Shown: piece by piece, positions 54,705-63,550 of the stretch
How the letters are laid out: each line of letters opens with the position of its first letter
Numbering within the stretch: the stretch's first letter is position 1
Assembly: GCA_965243025.1 (NCBI GenBank)
Contig: CBDETY010000003.1
Span: forward strand, 4,928,001 to 4,992,000
Direction: 5' to 3'
DNA: 64,000 nucleotides
Source: Candidatus Latescibacterota bacterium
GTDB taxonomy: Bacteria; Latescibacterota; UBA2968; UBA8231
Made by a program: the position numbers and the translations under genes
Notes under the pieces: model-generated
The model's input: only the letters and a program-made list of their open reading frames with translations
Told to the model about the DNA's origin: nothing
Databases searched by the model: none

Positions 54705-56983
54705 GGATTTCTCCGGTCGACGGCTATCAGCAGTGTCGGAAGAAGAAGGAAGTCCGCTACAAGCGCGAAGACGATGGTGATCGTTACCAACAGGCCGAGT
54801 GCCCAGCTGACCTCGAATCCCGATGTGGCGAACACGAGAAAGCCGGCCGAAAGAACTGCGGTCGTCGTCGATAAAGCATGGCCCACGGTGTGGAAGGTGG
54901 AGCGCACGGACTCCTGCGCCGAATTGCCCTCCCTGCGGGCCTTGAGATACTTGCTCAGAAAATGAACCGTATCGTCCACCACAATTCCGAAGACAACGGC
55001 GATGACCACCGAGGAGGCGATACCGACGTGGCCGACGAGATAACCCCAAAGGCCGAAGCTCATGACGGCGGGAATGAAGTTTGGGAGCAGACTGAGGAGC
55101 CCGATCCGAACGCTCCTGAAAATCCAGATCAGGATGAACGAAATGAGCGCCATGGCAACGATCGTGCCGCGCAGCATGCTGTTGATGTTGCGAAGCGAAA
55201 GGTGGGCGAAGACGACGCTCAAGCCCGATGCTTCACGGGCGAACTCCGGTATGTTGGCATCGAGCCATTCCTGGGCTCTCGTGTCGAGTTCGCGTATTTC
55301 CCGGGACCAGGCATTTCTGGTCACCACGACCATGCGCGTGGCTGATTTTGCGACGTCGATCCGGTCGTTGAGGTCGCTGCCGAAAGGAAGGGAAAGTTCG
55401 TAGAGCAGCAGGTACTGGGCTGCGAGGTTGGGGTCTTCCGGCAGGCGATGGAATGCAGGGTCGTCGCCGTGCATGTTTTTGTTGAGGCGCTTCATGATGT
55501 CGGAAAACGCCTGGACATGGGTCACTTCCGGTTGCTGGCGGTACCACTCGGCGAAAGCGTCGACCTTGCGCAGGTAATCCGGATCGGTAATGCCGCCCTC
55601 GCGTCCTGCACTCAGCGAATACTCCAGCTTGTCCAGACCGGTCAGGTTGTCAATGACAAAATCCGTATCGCGCCGGAACTCGTACCGGTCGTCGAAGTAC
55701 TGCGCCATGTTGTCGCTCAGCTCGATGCGGGGAATGCCGATTACCAGGACCACGACCACCGCCGAGACGGAGCAAAGCAGGACTGTACTCCGAGCGATGA
55801 CGAAGTCGGCGAAACGGTCGAAGAAGGCAGTCCCCTCGGACTGGAAGCGGGGCGGGCGCAGTGGCAGAATCGAGAGCAAAGCAGGCAGGAGCGTCATGGT
55901 GTACAGGAAAGCGCACAACACGCCGAACGCCACGTAGTTGCCCAGGATGTGAAATGGCGGGGAATCAGAGGCGTTCAGGCTGAGAAATCCGATCGCCGTC
56001 GTGACCGAGGTGATAAGAACCGGGGAGGCATTGATGCGGATCGATTCGACAATCGCCGCCTTTTTGTCCAGGCCTCGTCTCATGCACAGTAAAACAGTTG
56101 TGACGATGTGGATTGAATCCGCGATGGCTATGACCATGACGATTATCGGCACGCCGGCGTTGGTAGGGCTGAACACCACGCCGTTCCAGCCGGCGAACCC
56201 AATGGTGGTATTTATGACGAATACCAGCATGGCGACGATGGCCACGGTGCCGAGAAGCGAACGCAGAAGGACGATTGTGGCACCTGTGATGATGACGAAC
56301 ACGACAGGTGTCAGGGTCTGCAGGTCGTCCCGGGTGGCATCGGCGAAAGTCCGATGCTGAACGACATCGCCGGTCATGTAGTAATCGATATCGGGGTGGC
56401 TCGCCCGGGCCTGGTCCAGAAGCGAGTCGAGATAATCGGTGATTTCGACCACGGCCTGGTCCTGGTTTTCCGGCAGGACGAAATTGACGGCCACTCCGGT
56501 CGTGCTTCCGTCATGGGAGACCAGACGACCGGCAATTTCAGCCGCGTCCAGGGCGATCCTCTCGATACGGGCAACGTCCGTATCGGTCAGTGAACGGGCG
56601 TCCTCGACGAGCGGGGCGACAATGAGCTCATCCTCGAAGGCTTCGCTGTGGGTATAGTTGGTAAGAGAGTTGACGCGGCTGGAATACGGCGCGCGCCACG
56701 CAGCATCGGTCAGTTCCTCAATCGCGCCGAGCACCTCCCGGGTAAACACCGAACCCTCGTCCGGGGAAACGGCAATCAGGGCGGTATTGGAAACGGAGTA
56801 GGTGTTTTCCAGAGCGTCGAAGGCGGCGAGTTGCGGATTGTCTTCGCTGAAAAGGACCCGGTAATCGTTGGTAACGGTGATGAAGCGGCCGCCGGCGGCC
56901 ATGGCCAGCATGACCAGAGATGCGAGCAGAACCACCGGCCACCGATAGCGCAGGATGGCGGAAGTGTAGCTGTCCAATCGCAA
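54701..56983 (-). CDS. MMPL/RND-family lipid transporter
   Basis: Two-fold repeat; IAIADSIH, TSVTTAIGF, GIVVDDTVHF, TTAVLSAGF. Confidence 0.92.
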   Translation of the reverse strand: MRLDSYTSAILRYRWPVVLLASLVMLAMAAGGRFITVTNDYRVLFSEDNPQLAAFDALENTYSVSNTALIAVSPDEGSVFTREVLGAIEELTDAAWRAPYSSRVNSLTNYTHSEAFEDELIVAPLVEDARSLTDTDVARIERIALDAAEIAGRLVSHDGSTTGVAVNFVLPENQDQAVVEITDYLDSLLDQARASHPDIDYYMTGDVVQHRTFADATRDDLQTLTPVVFVIITGATIVLLRSLLGTVAIVAMLVFVINTTIGFAGWNGVVFSPTNAGVPIIVMVIAIADSIHIVTTVLLCMRRGLDKKAAIVESIRINASPVLITSVTTAIGFLSLNASDSPPFHILGNYVAFGVLCAFLYTMTLLPALLSILPLRPPRFQSEGTAFFDRFADFVIARSTVLLCSVSAVVVVLVIGIPRIELSDNMAQYFDDRYEFRRDTDFVIDNLTGLDKLEYSLSAGREGGITDPDYLRKVDAFAEWYRQQPEVTHVQAFSDIMKRLNKNMHGDDPAFHRLPEDPNLAAQYLLLYELSLPFGSDLNDRIDVAKSATRMVVVTRNAWSREIRELDTRAQEWLDANIPEFAREASGLSVVFAHLSLRNINSMLRGTIVAMALISFILIWIFRSVRIGLLSLLPNFIPAVMSFGLWGYLVGHVGIASSVVIAVVFGIVVDDTVHFLSKYLKARREGNSAQESVRSTFHTVGHALSTTTAVLSAGFLVFATSGFEVSWALGLLVTITIVFALVADFLLLPTLLIAVDRRNP

Positions 56984-57143
56984 GTGGGAAACCTCGGGTT
57001 TTACTGAAGAGGGGGGGCGGCCGGCTCACCCACCGGAGCAGAGGAGGGTATCGGCACCGCGGTCCGGGGGGAGCTACGGTTCACCTGGACGAATCCCTGG
57101 CTTTAAACAAACGGGGAATGGGCACAAAGCCTCGAAATCAAAG

Positions 57144-58328
57144 TTACCAGGGGCTTGATTCCGATGCCTTTACGTGATCTGGCATCCGGTAACTCATGCC
57201 GGTCGTTTCGGACTCGTCGTACACCGAGATTTCGAGCATCTGGCAGAAGTTTTCGGACCTGAGCAGTTGCTTGCTCTTCACCAGGCGGCGGAAACGTTGT
57301 TTCATCCGGTACGCAAACAGCGCGCCGAATTTTCTGGTCTTGGGGAACTGCAACTGGTCGGCGAGCTCGTTGCCTATCAGGGCCCGCGAAAGAGTGTAAG
57401 CGAGTTGCATTACAGCCTGCTGTTCTTCCGGGTCGGAAATACCCGCAGTCAATGGGATTGCCCCGACCAAAGCGTTCGCCATGGTCGCCGAATCCTGGTC
57501 CGGGGTCGGCTCGCACATGTGGGCGACCTTGAATATTTCCGCGGCATCGTTCCTGTCGGTAAAGAGGATGCTTTCAGGCACTCCCATGACGTAGCCGGTA
57601 TAGCGCCAGATATGCATGACGCTCTCCTGCTCTTCCGCGTCGAACGTAGCGCCCACCGATGCGGCGTGCTGCAACAGACGCATGGAAAAGACGGTCGTGG
57701 ACAAACCCAGGTGCGCCGCGTGCAACGGCGTGCCATAGGCTTCGAGGTCCCATACGCCGGAGTTCGCCAGCAGGTGCCTCACCCGGGCGTGAACGAAACG
57801 AAGGCGCATCGACAGCTTCCATCCGTCGCCGTTCCTGCGCAGGCCGCCTGGAAAAAACACCTCCAGCAGATGCCGGTTGTTCTGCATCAGGCGCCTTTTC
57901 GCCGTCGACCGGTTCAACACGCGCCCGGTAGTGGCGAAGGATTTGGCGATGAGCGTCGAGAAGCCCTCTATCAGCACCCCGGTGACGAAAGCGACGAGCA
58001 CCCGTGTCGCATTCAGGTGGAAGGCGCGAACACCGGGTCTGAAGGTTTCGTAGTCGAACCAGGGAGGGTTCTCGTTGTCGACTTTGTCGAAGAAATCCCG
58101 CATTACCTGCGGGGCGGTACGCAGAACCTCGCTTTCCTGGTCTATCCCGGCTTTGATGAACCGGTGCAGATCGGTTGGCGGCAGGGAGGCGAGCTCCTCC
58201 ATGACCGGGTCCAGCTCGGGATCCCCGATGGCCGTGTTCCCGATATAGTTGTCCGCTTTCTCCTGGTTGTGGAGACGGGCTTTGGCGTACCCATCGATGT
58301 ATGCGGAAGGTGGGGTTAACGGTTTCAT
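57144..58328 (-). CDS. MpaB/DUF2236 (Lcp-related) heme oxygenase family protein
   Basis: GDPELD, F.TTGR...RRL, RLRFVHARVR (heme His), WD..YGTP, WRYTGYVMGVPE. Confidence 0.85.
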   Translation of the reverse strand: MKPLTPPSAYIDGYAKARLHNQEKADNYIGNTAIGDPELDPVMEELASLPPTDLHRFIKAGIDQESEVLRTAPQVMRDFFDKVDNENPPWFDYETFRPGVRAFHLNATRVLVAFVTGVLIEGFSTLIAKSFATTGRVLNRSTAKRRLMQNNRHLLEVFFPGGLRRNGDGWKLSMRLRFVHARVRHLLANSGVWDLEAYGTPLHAAHLGLSTTVFSMRLLQHAASVGATFDAEEQESVMHIWRYTGYVMGVPESILFTDRNDAAEIFKVAHMCEPTPDQDSATMANALVGAIPLTAGISDPEEQQAVMQLAYTLSRALIGNELADQLQFPKTRKFGALFAYRMKQRFRRLVKSKQLLRSENFCQMLEISVYDESETTGMSYRMPDHVKASESSPW

Positions 58329-58608
58329 GCTGCTGGCAGCGTTGTGAGAAATCCCATTGTCCGACTGGCTGCAGGAGGTTGCCGGGAACGGTTCTTCCGA
58401 GGTTACTGCCGGGATGTTTCGGGTGGAGATTTCAACCTGAAGGGCCGGTGAATTCTGGTGGTGCAGGGGGGGTCTGCGTAATTGACGCTGATTATACGGA
58501 TTCCTTCGAGGATCCGCTACATATCAGGACGCGGATCCGGTCCAGGATGCCGGTCTTCAGGGATCTGGAGATCTGCCGCTCCCGGCCCCCCGGGAGCTGC
58601 GGGCGGAC

Positions 58609-58944
58609 TCACTTTTCCAGAATGAATTCGCAGCCGAACCCGACGGTTTTTTCTTCGAGCAGCTGCAGCGAGAGCTCGGGGAATTTGAGGATCCGCCAGC
58701 CGTCCCGCATGGCCTCGCCGACCGATGCGTACGGCCAGTCTCCGGGATTGTCGGGACCCTCGAGGAGCTCGCCGTTCTCGACCAGCGCCATCCCGATGAC
58801 CTCGGAGTCGATCGCCGTCGAACGGCACTGCAGATAGAGCAACCTTTGCGTCCGGTTGCCATCGAGGACCAGCTCCAGGTCTTCCTCGGTGAGGGATCCC
58901 GCCCGTAATTTCTCCAGCCACTGCAATACCGTCTCGCGGTCCAT
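58609..58944 (-). CDS. Hypothetical protein
   Basis: 111-aa protein-like ORF (LLYLQ..PYASVGEAMRDGWRILKFP..EFILEK), divergent from the tautomerase gene. Confidence 0.7.
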   Translation of the reverse strand: MDRETVLQWLEKLRAGSLTEEDLELVLDGNRTQRLLYLQCRSTAIDSEVIGMALVENGELLEGPDNPGDWPYASVGEAMRDGWRILKFPELSLQLLEEKTVGFGCEFILEK

Positions 58945-59000
58945 ATCATCAATCACCGTTCCACACCGGCGGACTGCACGCCGGAAGGAGAAACGCCAAC

Positions 59001-59189
59001 ATGCCATTCATCGAGGTCAAGATGCTGTCGGGTCGTTCGGATGACCAGAAGAAGAAGCTTGCCGCCGCCATCACCGATGCCATCGTCGACATTTGCCAAT
59101 CCCCCCGCGACGGCACCATGGTCGTGATCGAAGAGTACGAGTCGGATCACTGGGCGGTTGGCGGGCAGATGGTTTCCGAACGGGGGTAA
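59001..59189 (+). CDS. 4-oxalocrotonate tautomerase family protein
   Basis: 62 aa, Pro after Met, GRSDDQKKKL, WAVGG; AAGGAG RBS. Confidence 0.92.
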   Translation: MPFIEVKMLSGRSDDQKKKLAAAITDAIVDICQSPRDGTMVVIEEYESDHWAVGGQMVSERG

Positions 59190-59210
59190 CCGTGCGCCGG
59201 GAGGTCGCAG

Positions 59211-60230
59211 TCAGAACTCGTTGCGCACCTTTGCCGGCGCCCCGCTCCGCAGGGACTCCCAGCAGGAGAGGCCCGTCGACACGATCCGGGCGCCGTCCCG
59301 CACGCCCACCCACGGCGTCGCCCCGTTCAGGACGCAGTCGGCCATGTGGCGCATCATCACCTGCATTTCGCCGTAATGGCCGTGGCTTCCGGAGAATTCG
59401 GTGGTGTGTTCCGACATCGGAACGAGGCCCCGCGGGTCGAGCGCCTTGCGGTTGTCGCAGATGGTCCCCCTGGTCCCGTACAGGGTAAGACTGACCCCGC
59501 CGACGCCCGGGGGATGCACCATTCCCAGGAAGGCCGCCACGCGGCCGATGGCGCCGCTGGCGAAGCGGACGTTGATGACGAAGTTGTCCTCCTGGGGGTA
59601 GTCCGGGGCCACCCCGCTGCGCAGTCCGTAGCAGTGCACTTCCTCGATGTCCCCGAAAAACCAGCGCAGCAGGTCGATCGGATGGCAGGCGCCCCCGAGG
59701 ATGAGGTCCTGCGGCATGGTGAGACGCCACGGCGAGTAGTCGTACACCGGCCGCAGGTCGTGGATGTAGTGGGCCTCGCCCAGAAACAGCTCGCCGATTT
59801 CTCCCGCGTCGCAGGCGCGCCTGGCCTCCATCAGGTCGTAGCGCCCGCGCATCGTCTGCGTGACCAGGAGCACGAGCCCCGAGCGGTCGACCGCCTCGAC
59901 GACCGCCTCGACCTCCGCCATGGTGTAGACCATCGACTTGGTGACCATCACGTGCTTGCCTGCGTCGAGGGCCTTGAGGATCTGTTGCGCGTGCAGAGGT
60001 CCCGGTGTGTAGATGCCGATGATGTCGAGGTCGTCCCGGGCGACGAGCTCGTCGTACTCCGCAGTCGCCCGGTCGATCCCGTATTCGCGGGCGACGCTGT
60101 CCAGCAGCTCGGGCCGGGTCTCGCACAGGGCGGTCACCCGCATCGGCAGATCGCCGCTCTGCGGGTCGTTGGCCCCGAGAAGGGTGCGCCCGTGGCCGAG
60201 TCCGGCCAGGCCGATTCTCAGCTCGCTCAT
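59211..60230 (-). CDS. Gfo/Idh/MocA oxidoreductase
   Basis: IGLAGLGHG, AGKHVMVTKSM, GACHPIDLLRW. Confidence 0.88.
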   Translation of the reverse strand: MSELRIGLAGLGHGRTLLGANDPQSGDLPMRVTALCETRPELLDSVAREYGIDRATAEYDELVARDDLDIIGIYTPGPLHAQQILKALDAGKHVMVTKSMVYTMAEVEAVVEAVDRSGLVLLVTQTMRGRYDLMEARRACDAGEIGELFLGEAHYIHDLRPVYDYSPWRLTMPQDLILGGACHPIDLLRWFFGDIEEVHCYGLRSGVAPDYPQEDNFVINVRFASGAIGRVAAFLGMVHPPGVGGVSLTLYGTRGTICDNRKALDPRGLVPMSEHTTEFSGSHGHYGEMQVMMRHMADCVLNGATPWVGVRDGARIVSTGLSCWESLRSGAPAKVRNEF

Positions 60231-61042
60231 CGCGCCCCCTGCCCCGCCAGTTCCGGGTACTGCGGTCCCTGGACGACCTCCCCGACCGCGACGTTTTCCA
60301 CCCGCGCCATGCGCTCGTTCCAGCTGTCCCCGAGACGGCGCGTGGTCCCCGGCATGAGGTGCAGGATGTAGCTGTAGCGGGGGTTTCCGGTGCTGTTCCC
60401 GTACGACCCGTGAAGGGTTCTGCAGTGGTGGAAATGGCAGTGGCCGGCCTTCACCTCGCAGGGAACCGGAGCGAGGTCGGCCCCCTCGGGAACACCTTCC
60501 TGCTCGAGCACCCAGTGCGGGTCGCCGACATCGACGTCCTCGCGGCTGAACGGCATCTCCCAGCGGTGACTGCCCGGGATTACGCACATGCAGCCGTTGG
60601 CCGTGGTCGCGTCGTCGAGGGCGATCCAGCAGGTGAACAGCTCGGGGGGGCCGACGTGGTCCCAGAAGGTGTAGTCGCGGTGCCAGGCGAGCACCGCGTC
60701 CTGCTCGCGCGGGGGCTTGTAGATCATCTGGTCCTCCCAGACGCGCACCGGCGCTTCGGCCAGGTCGTGGGCCAGGCTGCCGATCGCTTCGTTTTTCAGG
60801 ACTTCCGCGAAAACCGGGTCGTGGCGGAACAGGTTGACGATCTTCTGCGACGGGAGCTGGCCCCTCGCCCGGGAGCGCTCCACGGTTTCTCCCTTCAGGT
60901 GCGCGGGGTGGTCGACGCTGCCGTCGAGAAGCCCGTCGATGCGGCGCTTCAGCCCGTCGATCTGACCGTCGTCGAGAACGCGCGGGCCGACTGTGTACCC
61001 CATGTCCCGGTACTGCCGGATCTGTTCGCCGGTAAGGTGCAT
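60227..61042 (-). CDS. PhyH-family dioxygenase
   Basis: YRDMGY, WHRDYTFW, NGCMCVIPGSH, LHGSYGN. Confidence 0.9.
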   Translation of the reverse strand: MHLTGEQIRQYRDMGYTVGPRVLDDGQIDGLKRRIDGLLDGSVDHPAHLKGETVERSRARGQLPSQKIVNLFRHDPVFAEVLKNEAIGSLAHDLAEAPVRVWEDQMIYKPPREQDAVLAWHRDYTFWDHVGPPELFTCWIALDDATTANGCMCVIPGSHRWEMPFSREDVDVGDPHWVLEQEGVPEGADLAPVPCEVKAGHCHFHHCRTLHGSYGNSTGNPRYSYILHLMPGTTRRLGDSWNERMARVENVAVGEVVQGPQYPELAGQGAR

Positions 61043-61050
61043 CGGTCCTC

Positions 61051-61482
61051 TCATGCAGCAGTTTCCTCCGGGCCGACCACGGCGACTGCGTCGATCTCGA
61101 TCATGGCGTCCTCGTGGGCGAGCCCGGAAACCTGCACCAGGGTCGAGGCAGGCAGCCGGCAGCGGTCGAAAAACTCCAGGCGCACCTCGTGAATGGCGCG
61201 GAAGTCGCTGAGATCGGTGACGAAAACCTGAACGCGCACCACGTCGTCGAAGGTCGCCCCTCCCGCTGTCAACGCCTTGCCGATGTTGAGCAGCACCTGT
61301 CTCGTCTGCGCGCGCATGTCGCCTGCGCCGACGATGTTCATGTCGTCGTCGAAGGCCAGCTGCCCCGACACGAACAGCAGATTCCCCCTGCCGGCGCGGA
61401 CCGCGTTCGAAAACGCCACCGGTCCTGCGAAGGTGCCCTCCCTGGCGACCGGGCCGGGCATCGGGTACACGGTATTACTCAC
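61051..61482 (-). CDS. Rid (RidA/YjgF/UK114) family protein
   Basis: FSNAVR, LFVSGQ, QTRQVL.NI, PASTLVQV, IEIDAVA. Confidence 0.9.
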   Translation of the reverse strand: MSNTVYPMPGPVAREGTFAGPVAFSNAVRAGRGNLLFVSGQLAFDDDMNIVGAGDMRAQTRQVLLNIGKALTAGGATFDDVVRVQVFVTDLSDFRAIHEVRLEFFDRCRLPASTLVQVSGLAHEDAMIEIDAVAVVGPEETAA

Positions 61483-61484
61483 AG

Positions 61485-62585
61485 TCAACTCCCCGCCGCC
61501 GCCTCTTTTTTGCGGCGTTCCAGCTCTTCGGGGAAAGGCCGGCGCAGGTCGTAACGCCCCTCCGCCAGCACCGGCAGGCTGCCGTCGGCGATCATCAGGT
61601 CGAGCGGGCATTCGCGGGTCTGCAAAGGCATGGTCACCACGTTTTTAGTACGCAGCGATTCGAAGATCCCCATCAGGATCTCCAGCGTTGCCCGCCCCTG
61701 GCGGCCGTTGCCGCGGTGGTCGGCCGCCTTTCCCTCGATCCAGGCGATCAGCTCCCGGTACTGCGTCGTCCGCACAGGGGAGGGCTCGATCTCGATCCAC
61801 GAGGCGTGATTCAGGCGCTGCAGAAAGATCCGTCCCGACGGAATCGGGCCCTGGTTTTCGGCGCGGATCTGGCCCTCGGTGCCCGAAATCACCGGCATCC
61901 CCGCCGCCGGCTCCGGCAGGTCCCCTTCATACACCGCGCGGGCCCCGCCGGCAAAACAGACCAGGCCCATGCACAGGTCTTCGCAGGGACTTCGCCGTTC
62001 CCAGCGGTCGGTGGTGCGCGAGAAATTCCCGATGACCCACTCGGTTTCCGGATCGCCCAGCATGTAGCGCCAGCTGTCGACGGCATGGGTGCCGGTGTTG
62101 AGCAGCCCGGCATTCGGCTTGGCGCGGTGGTACAGCATCGTCGGCTCGCCGATGGCGCCTTCGGCGACCAGCCGGCGAATCTCGTTCACGGCCGGGGTGA
62201 AACGGCCGTGATGTCCGATGGCGAGTTTGACGCCGTGCCGGTCGCAGGCTTCAATCATGTCGTCGGCCCCGCCGAGACAGTCCGCCATCGGCTTCTCGCC
62301 GATCACCGCCTTGACGCCGCTGCGGGCGGCGGCAACGGTTACCTCGGCGCGTACCCCCTGCCAGGTCGGCACGCTGACGATGTCGAGATCCTCCTTTTCG
62401 AGCATCTCCCGGTAGTCGCCGTAGAGGGCGGGGATTGAATGCGCTTCCGCAAGTGCCTGCGCCGCGGCGGCGTCGATGTCCGAGGCCGCGACTACAACCG
62501 TCTCTTCGAGGTCGGCGAACGCCTGGGCATGCGAGCGGCCCATGCCGCCGCAGCCGACGATTCCGACCCGGTACTTCTCGTCCAT
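61485..62585 (-). CDS. Gfo/Idh/MocA oxidoreductase
   Basis: VGCGGMGRSH, GEKPMA, GLLNTGTHAVD. Confidence 0.9.
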   Translation of the reverse strand: MDEKYRVGIVGCGGMGRSHAQAFADLEETVVVAASDIDAAAAQALAEAHSIPALYGDYREMLEKEDLDIVSVPTWQGVRAEVTVAAARSGVKAVIGEKPMADCLGGADDMIEACDRHGVKLAIGHHGRFTPAVNEIRRLVAEGAIGEPTMLYHRAKPNAGLLNTGTHAVDSWRYMLGDPETEWVIGNFSRTTDRWERRSPCEDLCMGLVCFAGGARAVYEGDLPEPAAGMPVISGTEGQIRAENQGPIPSGRIFLQRLNHASWIEIEPSPVRTTQYRELIAWIEGKAADHRGNGRQGRATLEILMGIFESLRTKNVVTMPLQTRECPLDLMIADGSLPVLAEGRYDLRRPFPEELERRKKEAAAGS

Positions 62586-62704
62586 GAGTGCTCCAGTTTT
62601 GTTTTCGGGCAGCCCGGGGCCGCCGGAACAGGGCTGCAACAACAGGCAGGCGGGGAGTGGGACGGGCGCTCCCACAGGCCGGCCGGAATGGGCTACATCA
62701 TACG

Positions 62705-63550
62705 ATGACGGGGATAACGCGACAACAGATGGCCGCCGCGCTCGGTGAAACCGGGGTGCGCAGGGGCTCGGTGCTGTTCGTGCACAGCTCGCTGAGCAGT
62801 ATCGGCACCGTCGCCGGCGGAGCGTCCGAGGCGGTTGCGGCGATCCGGGAGGTCCTCGGGGCCGCCGGCACCCTGGCGGTGCCGGCGTTTACCTTCTCCC
62901 ATCCCGGCGGCCCGGTTTTCGATCCGCGGCGGGAGCGTTCGCAGATGGGGGCGGTTTCCGAGGAGGTGCGCTCCCTTCCGGAGGCCAGGCGCAGCCGCCA
63001 CTACCTCCATTCCGTCGCCGCCGCGGGCCCTCGGAGCGAAGAGCTCACCTGCCGCCACGGCGCCTCCGCGTGGGCGGCCGACGGCCCTTTCTGGCAGCTG
63101 TTCGAGCTCGACGCCGACATCCTGCTGCTCGGGGTGCCGTACACCCGCTGCACCCAGTTTCACGTCGTCGAGCAGATGGTGCAGGTGCCGTACCGCCAGT
63201 GGGTTCCGGTCGAGGCGCGGGTAGTCGAGGCGGACGGCAGCCGCAGGAGCCTGCCGACCTGCGCCTACACCCCGAAGAAGGGGTTCGCGGGCAACGACTT
63301 CAACAAGTTCGGGCGCCTGCTCGAAGGACGGGGACTGGTGAGGAAGGGAAGGGTGGGCAACGCCGTCTGCCGCCTGCTGCGGGCGCGCGACGTGCTGGAG
63401 GTGGGCGTCGCCGAGTACCGGAAGGATCAGTCCCTGTTCGTGAAGACGGGCGGCGGCCTCACTCCCCTGTCGGACGGGGTGCTGGTGGCCGGAAACGGCA
63501 CCGAGAGATGGGTCGCCGACCCGTCGCAGGTTTATCCCGCCGACTCCTGA
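62705..63550 (+). CDS. AAC(3)/YokD-family N-acetyltransferase
   Basis: FVHSSLSSIG, GTLAVPAFT, MGAVSE, RS.H..HS, LLLGV, T.FHVVE. Confidence 0.88.
   Translation: MTGITRQQMAAALGETGVRRGSVLFVHSSLSSIGTVAGGASEAVAAIREVLGAAGTLAVPAFTFSHPGGPVFDPRRERSQMGAVSEEVRSLPEARRSRHYLHSVAAAGPRSEELTCRHGASAWAADGPFWQLFELDADILLLGVPYTRCTQFHVVEQMVQVPYRQWVPVEARVVEADGSRRSLPTCAYTPKKGFAGNDFNKFGRLLEGRGLVRKGRVGNAVCRLLRARDVLEVGVAEYRKDQSLFVKTGGGLTPLSDGVLVAGNGTERWVADPSQVYPADS

Noticed and set aside
62705-63550. Acquired aminoglycoside resistance gene
   Set aside because: The family includes many non-resistance members (YokD, FrbF), there is no mobile context, and composition looks native.
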